Shown piece after piece: positions 10,681 through 19,843 of a DNA stretch of 64,000 nucleotides. Position numbers and translations under genes: made by a program. The DNA is from an uncultured Bacteroidales bacterium (lineage in GTDB: Bacteria; Bacteroidota; Bacteroidia; Bacteroidales; GCA-2748055), in the NCBI GenBank assembly GCA_963763215.1, contig CAVXNX010000025.1, positions 20,090 to 84,089 of the forward strand. Reading direction: 5' to 3'. The notes beneath the pieces are model-generated. The model had not been told where the DNA came from and ran no database searches. It saw nothing but the letters and a program-made list of their open reading frames with translations. The stretch's first letter is position 1. Every line of letters begins with the position of its first letter.

Positions 10681-13308
10681 ATGACTGAAGAATTTGACAA
10701 TAGCTTTTCGGCCGAAAACCCGGAAAACGAATATTTCGACACCGCTTCGGAAGGTGGCGGGGGAGGTACGGATGTGACCGCTCCACGGGTGGTTCATCTC
10801 TCGGGAATGTATAAAGACTGGTTCCTGGATTACGCTTCCTATGTTATCCTGGAAAGAGCCGTCCCCCATGCCATCGACGGCCTCAAACCCGTCCAGAGGA
10901 GGATCCTCCATGCCATGAAACGTCTTGATGACGGCCGCTACAACAAGGTGGCCAACATCATTGGGTATACCATGCAATACCACCCGCACGGCGATGCTTC
11001 CATCGGCGATGCCCTTGTCCAGCTCGGTCAGAAAGACCTCCTGATCGATGCCCAGGGAAACTGGGGAAATATCCTCACCGGCGACGGAGCCGCCGCTCCC
11101 CGTTATATCGAGGCGAGGCTCTCCAAATTCGCCCTCGATGTGGTGTTCAATCCCAAGACCACCGAATGGAAACTTTCCTACGACGGACGTAACAAAGAAC
11201 CGGTAACCCTTCCGGTTAAGTTCCCTCTCCTCCTCGCCCAGGGGGCAGAAGGCATCGCTGTGGGTCTGGCCTCAAAACTCCTCCCCCATAATTTCAACGA
11301 GCTGATCGATGCCTCGGTGGCCTACCTCCAGAACACTGAATTCGAGCTTTATCCCGATTTTCCCACCGGAGGCATGATCGACGTTTCCAGGTATAACGAC
11401 GGGATGCGCGGCGGAAACGTGAAAGTCCGGTCAAGAATCGAAAAACTCGACAAAAAAACCCTGGTCATCCGCGAGATCCCTTACGGAAAAACCACGACTG
11501 GCGTGATCGAATCCATTCTCAAGGCCAATGAGAAAGGGAAGATCAAAATCCGGAAGATTGACGACAACACCTCTGAAAATGTCGAGATCCTTGTGCACCT
11601 CGGTCCCAATGTCTCTTCCGACAAAACCATCGATGCGCTCTACGCCTTTACCGACTGCGAGGTCTCCATATCGCCCAACTGTTGCGTGATCGAGGATGAC
11701 AAGCCCCGGTTTGTCGGCGTGAGCGAGATCCTGCGGCTGAATACCGACAGCACCCGCGAGCTCCTCAGAATGGAACTCCAGATCCGCCTCAGCGAACTCG
11801 AGGAAGAATGGCACTTCTCTTCGCTTGAGAAAATCTTCATTGAAAAAAGAATCTACCGCGACATCGAAGAATGCGAAACGTGGGAAGCCATCATCGAGGC
11901 CATCGACAAGGGACTCGAACCCTACAAAAAACTTTTCAAACGGGAGGTGACCACTGAGGATATCACCAAACTGACAGAAATCAGGATTAAACGGATCTCC
12001 AAATTCGACGCCAATAAAGCCGACGAACATATCAGGGGCATTGAATCGGAAATGGAGGAGGTTCTGAATAATCTCAACCATATCGTCGATTACACCATCA
12101 ACTATTTCAGGCAGATCAGGAAAAAATACGGGAAGGGCCGGGAAAGAAAAACCGAGATCCGCAGTTTCGAAAATATCGAGGCAGCAAAAGTCGTCGTGGC
12201 CAACGAAAAGCTTTACGTCGACCGGCAGGAAGGCTTTTTCGGCACAGGACTCAAAAAAGACGAATATGTCTGCGACTGTTCCGATATCGATGAGATCATC
12301 ACCTTCCGGAAAGATGGTACATGCCTGGTCACCAAAGTCTCCGACAAGGTCTTCGTCGGTAAAGATATCGTTCACATCGCCGTGTTCAAACGGAACGATA
12401 CCCGCACCATCTACAACGTGATCTATATCGACGGGAACACCGGCAACACCATGATGAAACGGGCCCCTGTCACCGGTATCACCCGCGACAAGGAATACAA
12501 TTTCATCCGGGAGCATAAAAATTCCAGGATCCTGTACATGACGGCCAACCCGAACGGTGAGGCGGAAGTCGTCAAGATCTATCTTAAACCCCGTCCCAGG
12601 CTGAAATCGCTGATGTTTGAACTGGACTTCAGCGAACTCGCCATCAAGGGCCGCGGTGCCATCGGCAATATCCTGACCAAACATGCCGTCCACAAGATCG
12701 TCCTCAAGGAAAAAGGCGAATCGACTCTGGGCGGCAGGAAAATCTGGTTCGACTGGGACGTCAAACGTCTCAACGCTGACGGACGAGGGAACCTTCTCGG
12801 TGAATTTGCAGGTGATGACAAGCTGCTGGTGGTCACCAAATCGGGAACCTTCAGGCTAAGTAATTTCGATCTGTCCAATCACTACGAAGACGACCTGCTG
12901 CTGATCGAACGCTTCAGGGAGGAAAAAATCTTTTCCGCAGCCTATTACGATGCCGAACAGGATTATTATTACATCAAAAGGTTCTGTTTCGAACCCACCG
13001 ACAAGTCCCTGAGCTTTATCGGCGACAATCCCGGTTCCCGGCTTATCCGGCTGACTGAATTTGATTATCCCCGATTTGAACTCAATTTCGGCGGAAAAAA
13101 CAAGGACAGGACTCCCGAGATCATTGAGGTGGCCGACTTCATCGGCGTAAAGAGCTTCAGGGCCAGGGGAAAACGTCTTTCGACCTACGAAGTGTCCGTC
13201 ATCAAGGAACTGGAACCCCTGGTCAGGGATGAACCCGAACCGGAAGATCCGCCCACCGGGGATGAAGATCCGCCGAAGGAAAACGGGCAGATGTCTCTCA
13301 ATCTGTAA
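10681..13308 (+). CDS. parC: DNA topoisomerase IV subunit A
   Basis: Intact 875-aa ORF with GLKPVQRRILHAM, HPHGDASI and AAPRYIEARL (catalytic Tyr block). The tail is acidic and Pro-rich. Confidence 0.85.
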   Translation: MTEEFDNSFSAENPENEYFDTASEGGGGGTDVTAPRVVHLSGMYKDWFLDYASYVILERAVPHAIDGLKPVQRRILHAMKRLDDGRYNKVANIIGYTMQYHPHGDASIGDALVQLGQKDLLIDAQGNWGNILTGDGAAAPRYIEARLSKFALDVVFNPKTTEWKLSYDGRNKEPVTLPVKFPLLLAQGAEGIAVGLASKLLPHNFNELIDASVAYLQNTEFELYPDFPTGGMIDVSRYNDGMRGGNVKVRSRIEKLDKKTLVIREIPYGKTTTGVIESILKANEKGKIKIRKIDDNTSENVEILVHLGPNVSSDKTIDALYAFTDCEVSISPNCCVIEDDKPRFVGVSEILRLNTDSTRELLRMELQIRLSELEEEWHFSSLEKIFIEKRIYRDIEECETWEAIIEAIDKGLEPYKKLFKREVTTEDITKLTEIRIKRISKFDANKADEHIRGIESEMEEVLNNLNHIVDYTINYFRQIRKKYGKGRERKTEIRSFENIEAAKVVVANEKLYVDRQEGFFGTGLKKDEYVCDCSDIDEIITFRKDGTCLVTKVSDKVFVGKDIVHIAVFKRNDTRTIYNVIYIDGNTGNTMMKRAPVTGITRDKEYNFIREHKNSRILYMTANPNGEAEVVKIYLKPRPRLKSLMFELDFSELAIKGRGAIGNILTKHAVHKIVLKEKGESTLGGRKIWFDWDVKRLNADGRGNLLGEFAGDDKLLVVTKSGTFRLSNFDLSNHYEDDLLLIERFREEKIFSAAYYDAEQDYYYIKRFCFEPTDKSLSFIGDNPGSRLIRLTEFDYPRFELNFGGKNKDRTPEIIEVADFIGVKSFRARGKRLSTYEVSVIKELEPLVRDEPEPEDPPTGDEDPPKENGQMSLNL

Positions 13309-13318
13309 AAATCTGGAT

Positions 13319-14020
13319 TTGAATATTTTTCTTACAGGCTTCATGGGGGCCGGCAAAACCACTGCCGGCCGGAAACTGGCGGGACTGCTCGGCTACCGGT
13401 TCACCGACATCGACAGCCTGATCGAAGCCGGGGAATGCATGCCGGTGTCCGACATTTTCCGCATGAAAGGAGAAGAATGGTTCCGTGAGAAAGAATCCGA
13501 AATCCTCAAAAACCTTTCTCTCGACGACCGACTCGTCGTGGCAACGGGAGGAGGCCTCCCCTGCTTTCACAACAATATGGAATGGATGAACAGCCACGGG
13601 GTGACCGTCTACCTGCGGATGGACCCCGATGCGCTCTACCGCCGTCTCCTCAAAGGCAGGCAAAAACGTCCACTCATCAAAGACAAGTCGGGTCCCGAAC
13701 TTCTCCGGTATATCCAGGAGACCCTGAAAATCAGGGAGCCATTCTACCTCCGGTCCCATCTCCATGCCGAAGGGAAAAACCTGGATGTCAAAAGCCTTGC
13801 CCAACGGATCATGATGTTCCATCGCCCTGACAGCCCTTCGCGTGATCCCTGTGGATCCGTTCCCTCTGCCTCGCCGGCCTCCCGGAACCTGGCATCACCA
13901 ATGCGTATGGTTAGTCACCCGTTTCAGCCCGGTCGAAATTCGTGTCCATTCATTCATCAAGCAGTTGACCCGACAATGAACACAGGGCCTGTGTCAGTTG
14001 TTTCTATAGCATGGAAATAG
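13319..14020 (+). CDS. aroK: Shikimate kinase with an unusual ~65-aa Pro/Ser-rich C-terminal tail
   Basis: A TTG at 13319 gives MNIFLTGFMGAGKTT (P-loop). The kinase fold appears to end near ..KSLAQRIMMF (about 13825). The ORF then runs on to 14020 with low-complexity sequence. Confidence 0.75.
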   Translation: MNIFLTGFMGAGKTTAGRKLAGLLGYRFTDIDSLIEAGECMPVSDIFRMKGEEWFREKESEILKNLSLDDRLVVATGGGLPCFHNNMEWMNSHGVTVYLRMDPDALYRRLLKGRQKRPLIKDKSGPELLRYIQETLKIREPFYLRSHLHAEGKNLDVKSLAQRIMMFHRPDSPSRDPCGSVPSASPASRNLASPMRMVSHPFQPGRNSCPFIHQAVDPTMNTGPVSVVSIAWK

Positions 14021-14142
14021 AGGAAAATCTTTCCCGGATTTGCTGGTATTCACTCAACAATTCATTATCCTGCAAGTTGAGAGGGTGGTTATTTTGATAA
14101 ATCGGCAAAAAAAAGTGATGCACATACTTTTAACATGGATCA

Positions 14143-14232
14143 GGCTGGCAAAAATCCACCTTTTGAAGGTATAAAACAGGCTGATCGCCTCATTCAAATG
14201 ATATAAATTGCACGATTTTGGATTTGCCAGCC
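14143..14232. repeat. Imperfect inverted repeat in the AT-rich region upstream of the STAND gene
   Basis: GGCTGGCAAAAATCCA (14143-14158) pairs with TGGATTTGCCAGCC (14219-14232). This gives 10-bp and 4-bp helices with a 2-nt bulge and 60 nt between the arms. Confidence 0.4.
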
Positions 14233-14308
14233 GTATATTTAAGGCGGTGAAAATTAGGCTAATATGAAAATTAATTATAAATTTCATTCTTGATTAACGG
14301 TAAGAAGA

Positions 14309-17300
14309 ATGGGCAATTACATCAGGCATACTGAAACGAAAAGGATGAATCTGGTCAATCCTTATCCGGGGCTGAGACCTTTTTCAACGCATGATTCGCC
14401 GTTGTTTTTCGGTCGTGGCGAAGAGGTTGAAGGGGTCGTGAACGGCCTCATGAAAAACCGGTTCATTGCCATCACGGGTGAACCGGGTAGCGGCAAAACA
14501 TCCATGGTGAACGCCGGCATCGTTCCTGCACTGATGTATAAAGGGGAATGGATCCTCTTTAAAACCCGTCCGGGCTATCTGCCCCTGCAAAGTCTTTATC
14601 ACGAGATCCTGACCAAACAGGGCAAGGCGACAGCACAGGCCGGGACCAAACTTCCCGATCCTGAGTTCATCATGCAATCGCTCAGGGAAATGCATAAGGA
14701 ATACCAGGCTGCCATACTTCTTGTCGTCGATCAGTTCGAGGAAGTCTTCACCCTGAAGTCATCTGTCAACGAACAGGTTTACCGGAAGAACATGGAGAAT
14801 TACATCGATTTTCTCCTGAAAATCGTTGGCCAGCAGGATATCCCTGTCCATGTCGTCATCACGATCCGCACCGATTTTCTCGGGGAATGCTCAGCGTTCA
14901 ATGAATTTTCGGATCTTATCGACCTCTATCATTACCCCCTCAGGCGGATGTCGCCCGAAAATATCACCCGTGTCATCATGGGGCCTCTTGAGGTGGTGGG
15001 AGTGGGTATCCAGCGGGAACTCGTCAAGAAGATACTGGCTGACGTCAGTGACAATGACGATCTGCTTCCGGTGCTTCAACACTCCCTGATGAAAACATGG
15101 CAGGTCTGGAACCAGCGGAAAGATCCTGAGTCGCCCATAAGTATAAAGGATTACGAACAACTCGGCTCCACCGATCATGCCATCTCCAAATCGGCCGACG
15201 AAGCCTACGGGCAACTGAGTGATGAGGAGAAAGGGTTTTGCGAACGCATCTTCAAGGCCCTTTCCGAACGCGACGACCAGAACCGCGATATCTGTATCCC
15301 GCTCAAAATATCGCGGATCTCAGAAATCACCATGGTGCCCGTTGATAAGGTGATCCGGATTGCCGACATGTTCCGGCGCGAAGGACGGGGATTCATCGTT
15401 CCTTCCCTCGAAGTGCCACTGGAAAAATCATCGGTGATCTCCATCTCCCATGAGTCGCTCATGAAATTGTGGTACCGGCTGGATGAATGGGCTGATGATG
15501 AATATGAATCTGTTCAGATGTACCTGAATCTGGCCGAAGCCGCCGAAGCATACCAGGTCGGAAAGGCTGAGCTCTGGAGGCCCCCCGATCTTGAGGCAGC
15601 CCTTGAATGGTACCGGAAGAATAACCCCACGATGGCCTGGGCCGAACGTTACAATCCTGCCTTCGAACGGACCATGGTCTTTCTGACAACCAGTGAGCGT
15701 GAATTTGCCGCCGAAGAAGAAGAGCGTTTCCAGGAGGACAGAAGTAAAAGGGTCCTGAACAGGGTACTCACCGGTGTTCTGGCCGGTGCCGTCCTGATCG
15801 CCATCGTGATTTTCTCGATTCAGCGTGCCCAGAATCCGAATCCGGAGAATCAGACAGCGCCACCGCAGATCAATGCCACTGAAGAAAACCCAGAGACAGC
15901 CCAGCCTCCTGCCGGTCAAAACGATACCGAAAACACCGGCACACAGGGGACCAAGCAAAACCAGGCACAGGCGCCGGCTTCCACAGGTCCGGAAATCACC
16001 AAAGAACCAAAGAATACGGCCGTCATCACTCCTGAGACCACTGAGGAAAAGGCTGCCAGAGAAAAGTCAGCGCAAACCGAGCAACAACATCAGGTCACCG
16101 GGGAGACTCCTCCTCCCACCAGAACGACTCCTCAGGAGGCGGCACAAACCCACTCCAACGCATGAGGAAACGGCAGCAAACCACGTCGCCACCAGGACGG
16201 AACCCCGTGAAACGTCACCATCCCCGGCCGAAAGTACCACCAAACCGGCCGTTCTTACCCCGGAGGTTGTACTGCCGGTCATGCGGTCCATGACGGAAAA
16301 GGCCCTGAAAGGCACGGGGGATCCTGACCTGAATGCCCTCCTGGCCTACCAGGCTTATCTTTTCAATAAAGAATACAATCACGACAGTTTCAATGCCGGC
16401 ATCTACACCGGCCTTTACCGGGCGGTTAAGACCTTCAGGGGCGAGGATTACAATGTTTTCAAAGGGCATTCAAACGCCGTGCGGACACTCGATTTCATAC
16501 CCGGAACCTCCTACCTGATCAGCGGAAGCAGCGATGGCTCCATCCTGAAATGGAACGTTGCCGACCAGGATGGCAACGACAAAACATACCGTGCTTGTCA
16601 ACGGGAAGAATATCATCGATATGGTGAAGGTCACGCCGAACGGCCGCTGGCTGCTTTACGCCGAACGAAACGGGGGCCTCAGCCTGATCAACCTTTCGGG
16701 CTCAGGAACAGCCGCCGAACAAATGAAAGGCACTGAAAAAAATGTCCGGACCATCGCTGTGGCTCCGGATAACAATACGGTTTACACTGCCGGCTTCGAC
16801 AATTATATCGAAGTCTGGAATATCACGAGCCGTTCAGCACGGAAATTCACCGATACAGAATCGATGGTCAACTCCCTCAGTGTCTCACCCGACGGCAAAT
16901 TGCTGGCCGGGGCACTGCGGAACGGGAAAACAGTCATCTGGACGCTCAGCGACATGAAAAGCCAGGTCATCAGCACCAACGCACAGGATGCCGTTCAGAG
17001 CATCCGTTTCTCCCCCGACGGACGCCACATTGCCTGCGGGACCCTGAGCGGGGATATCCTTGTCTTCGGCACCAGCGACCTGAACCTCGCCTATACCCTC
17101 AAGGGGCATAAAGCCAGGGTGACTTCACTGGCATTCAGCCCTGACGGGAAAACAATGGTTTCGGGATCTTACGACGGCCAGGTCATCCTGTGGAACCTGT
17201 CCAACCCCAATGGTCAACCGGTCATCATGAATGACAATGCCGGGTTTATCTTCACCGTCGATTACAGTCCGGACGGCCGTTATTACGTCAGCGGGAGCGC

Positions 17301-17460
17301 GAATGATCCCCGGCTTGTCGTCAGGCCCGCCCGGGCATCCATGCTGGCCTCACAAATCTGCCCTCTGGTGAAACGTGACATGACAACCGATGAATGGAAT
17401 GACAACGTGGGCCGTGACATCCCTTACAGGAAGACCTGTTCAGGGAACAACGCTGATTAA
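14309..17460 (+). CDS. STAND-class P-loop NTPase - TM helix - Pro/Thr/Gln-rich linker - 7-blade WD40 protein (two frameshifts in this assembly)
   Basis: ORFs 14309..16165, 15825..16736 and 16558..17460 together read as one protein. The N-terminus is PYPGLRPFSTHDSPLFFGRGEE, with Walker A GEPGSGKTS and Walker B LLVVDQFEE. A hydrophobic helix (LTGVLAGAVLIAIVIFSI) is followed by a ~150-aa P/T/Q/E-rich linker. Seven WD40-like blades follow (e.g. FKGHSNAVRTLDF..SGSSDGSILKWNV; LKGHKARVTSLAFSPDGKTMVSGSYDGQVILWNL). The C-terminal motif is CPLVKRDMTTDEWNDNVGRDIPYRKTC. The second junction sits at the AAAA run 16581-16584. Confidence 0.75.
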
Positions 17461-17479
17461 ACAGATCTAAAACTGCATT

Positions 17480-18528
17480 ATGAGATTTCTTTATACCGCC
17501 ATTCTGCTCTTCATCGCTTTTCTTCTTTTCCGGCACCATCGGTCTGTCCCAGGATACCACCTGTTCACAAAAACTGAAGGCCGCCACGGAAAAATACAAT
17601 GCCGGACTTGTCGAGGAAGTGCCCGGCCTGCTTACCGGCTGTATTGAAAATGGCTTCACCACCAATGAGCGTCTGCAGGCATTCAAACTTCTGATCAATG
17701 CCTATATTTTCGATGAAGATCTTCAGAAGGCCGAGGATGCCATGCTCAGCTTTCTCAGATATTTTCCCGACTATAAAGAGAATCCCGCCGACTCACCGGA
17801 ATTCAACAGCCTCCTTGAACAGTTCGACAACCGTTCGCGGGGATCCATCGGTTTTTTTGTGGGCAGTGGCCTGCCGGTCGTCCGCGTCCTGGAACCATTC
17901 GGGGTCCAGGATCTCAACCGAAATCCCGGGAACTACAGTGCCGGAGGTCCCGGCTTCACGCTTGGCATCGACTATCACGTCTTCCTGGGGCCAAAAGTCG
18001 AGCTTGGCTTTGCGCCTGCCTACATAAGGACCCGGTTCCATTACACACTCGATCCATTCCCGTTCACTGAAATCAACCGTGATGAATACCAGAGCAGGGT
18101 CATTGTGCCTGCCTCCCTGTTTTACTGTTTTCAGAGCGGAAAGGTCCGTCCGTATCTGCGGGCCGGCATCGGAGCTTCATTCCTTCTTTCCGCCAAAAGC
18201 AGCATCAGCAGATCATACCGGACAACGGGCGAGGTCAGTCAAAAAACATTATCGTCGGGAAAAATGCCGGTCACCGGCGACAGGAACAAGCTTGATATCC
18301 TGGGTATGGCCGGCGGAGGACTCCGGTTCGGGATCAACCAGTCTTACGTGTTTATCGATTTGGGGTACAATGCCGGGTCTGATCGACCAGGTGAACAGCA
18401 GTAGCCGTAACAACCCCGGCAGCGAAAATATCTGGAAATATTTTTACATGCAGGACAGGTTCGACCTGGATAATCTGACGTTCACCCTTGGCCTGTCCAA
18501 AATCCTGTACCATACGAAACGAAAATGA
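17480..18528 (+). CDS. TPR-like N-terminal domain fused to a PorT-type outer-membrane beta-barrel (two frameshifts)
   Basis: The signal peptide MRFLYTAILLFIAFLLF (ATG 17480) shifts frame at the T run 17521-17530 into ORF 17619..18404. A second shift near 18370-18380 leads into ORF 18079..18528 (..FIDLGYN | GLIDQVNSS..LTFTLGLSKILYH). The sequence is rich in barrel-like strands. Confidence 0.5.
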
Positions 18529-18538
18529 GAACCGGATC

Positions 18539-19726
18539 ATGATGAAAACCGTCAAAGGGATATGGCTTGTTTTTCTTCTCCTTACTTCATGTCAGAAAGA
18601 GATTTCCGACATGCAGGCCGACTATTTTATTAAGTTTTATGGAAGCTATATGGAAGATGATGGGTACGACGTCCAGCCCACCGCCGACGGGGGGTTTGTC
18701 ATCGTCGGATCCTCGGAAAGAGCCAATACGGGGCGGGATATCGTCCTGATCAGAGTTGACAAATTCGGGAACCAGCTTCCCTGGTCACCACGGTATTTCG
18801 GCGGCAACGGTGACGATGCCGCAAATGCCGTCAGGATCCTCGATGACGGAGGATTTATCATTGCAGGCTATGTGACCGATACCACGGGTAAGACAGGAAA
18901 AAATGCCACCCTGATCCGAACCGGCGCCGACGGAAGTCTGATCTGGCAGCAAACATACGGCGGACCGGCCGATGATGAAGCCAGGTCGGTCGTCGCGAAA
19001 AAAACCGGCGGATATATTTTCGCGGGCTATACCGAAAGCCTTTCCAGCCGGAAGCAGATCTATCTCGTAAATACCGACGATAACGGTAATGCAGTATCAA
19101 CCACCACAAGACCCGTGATCGGTGAAGAACTCACAACGATAACAGAACTTTCCGACGGAAATTTCCTCGTGGCAGGAAAGCGGGAAACAGCAACCGATCT
19201 CTCCGGCAATTCCGACACCCAGATCCTCATTATCGTGTTGAACGACGTGGGTAATGCTCTCGATAATTACGTTTTCGGAGATCCGGAGATGAATGAATCC
19301 GTATCGGCCACGTATCCCTCTGCCGACGGGACCTTTTATCTTGTCGGAACACTCAGTACTCCCGATGGCCGCAAACAGCAGGCCATGATCAAAAAACTCG
19401 CCAGGCGGAAGGTCCTCTGGGAGAATACCATTCCCGATGCCGGACTCCTTGATGGGAAAGCAGTCTGTGAACTTGATGACGGGTCCCTGGCTCTTGTGGC
19501 CAATAAGAGCCTCAATACAACGACCCATATCGAACTTTATCACCTCAATTCCCAGGGCGAAGTCATATCGTCCAGGGAATTCGGAGCTTCGGAACAGCAA
19601 ACTGCCGAAGCGCTGACATACCTCAATGGTCATCTGGTCATTGTCGGGAAAAATGCCAGTTTATCAGATGGTTACAGCATGATCACCTTGATCAAGACCG
19701 ACAAGGAAGGAAATCTCTGGAAATAG
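18539..19726 (+). CDS. Lipoprotein built from seven beta-propeller-like repeats (SBBP-like)
   Basis: The leader is MMKTVKGIWLVFLLLTSCQKE. There are seven copies of a ~45-aa unit with the core DGG[FY]hh.G, e.g. DGGFVIVGS, DGGFIIAGY, TGGYIFAGY, DGNFLVAGK, DGTFYLVGT, DGSLALVAN and NGHLVIVGK. Confidence 0.5.
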   Translation: MMKTVKGIWLVFLLLTSCQKEISDMQADYFIKFYGSYMEDDGYDVQPTADGGFVIVGSSERANTGRDIVLIRVDKFGNQLPWSPRYFGGNGDDAANAVRILDDGGFIIAGYVTDTTGKTGKNATLIRTGADGSLIWQQTYGGPADDEARSVVAKKTGGYIFAGYTESLSSRKQIYLVNTDDNGNAVSTTTRPVIGEELTTITELSDGNFLVAGKRETATDLSGNSDTQILIIVLNDVGNALDNYVFGDPEMNESVSATYPSADGTFYLVGTLSTPDGRKQQAMIKKLARRKVLWENTIPDAGLLDGKAVCELDDGSLALVANKSLNTTTHIELYHLNSQGEVISSREFGASEQQTAEALTYLNGHLVIVGKNASLSDGYSMITLIKTDKEGNLWK

Positions 19727-19843
19727 CTTCACTTTGCCATTTAGGCTCTTTCAATCCGGAAATGAACAAAAACGGATCTGTTGGCTTTCTATGTGAAGGA
19801 TATCTTTTCGTACACCGAGTTTGGGAACCAAAAGTTTTATCCG

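Noticed and set aside
11431-12693. 420-aa antisense ORF inside parC
   Set aside because: Same phenomenon: a stop-poor antisense frame of a conserved gene. It has low-complexity D/F/G/V composition and no start or promoter context.
14054-14287. 77-aa minus-strand ORF in the AT-rich spacer upstream of the STAND gene
   Set aside because: Its composition is simply that of AT-rich intergenic DNA (Ile/Phe/Asn/Lys-rich). It has no RBS or promoter logic and overlaps the inverted repeat.
15825-16736. The 303-aa ORF read as an independent Arg/Pro-rich protein
   Set aside because: Its first ~110 codons are the out-of-frame shadow of the STAND linker. Only from about 16150 does it make sense, where it continues the STAND protein into the first WD40 blade.
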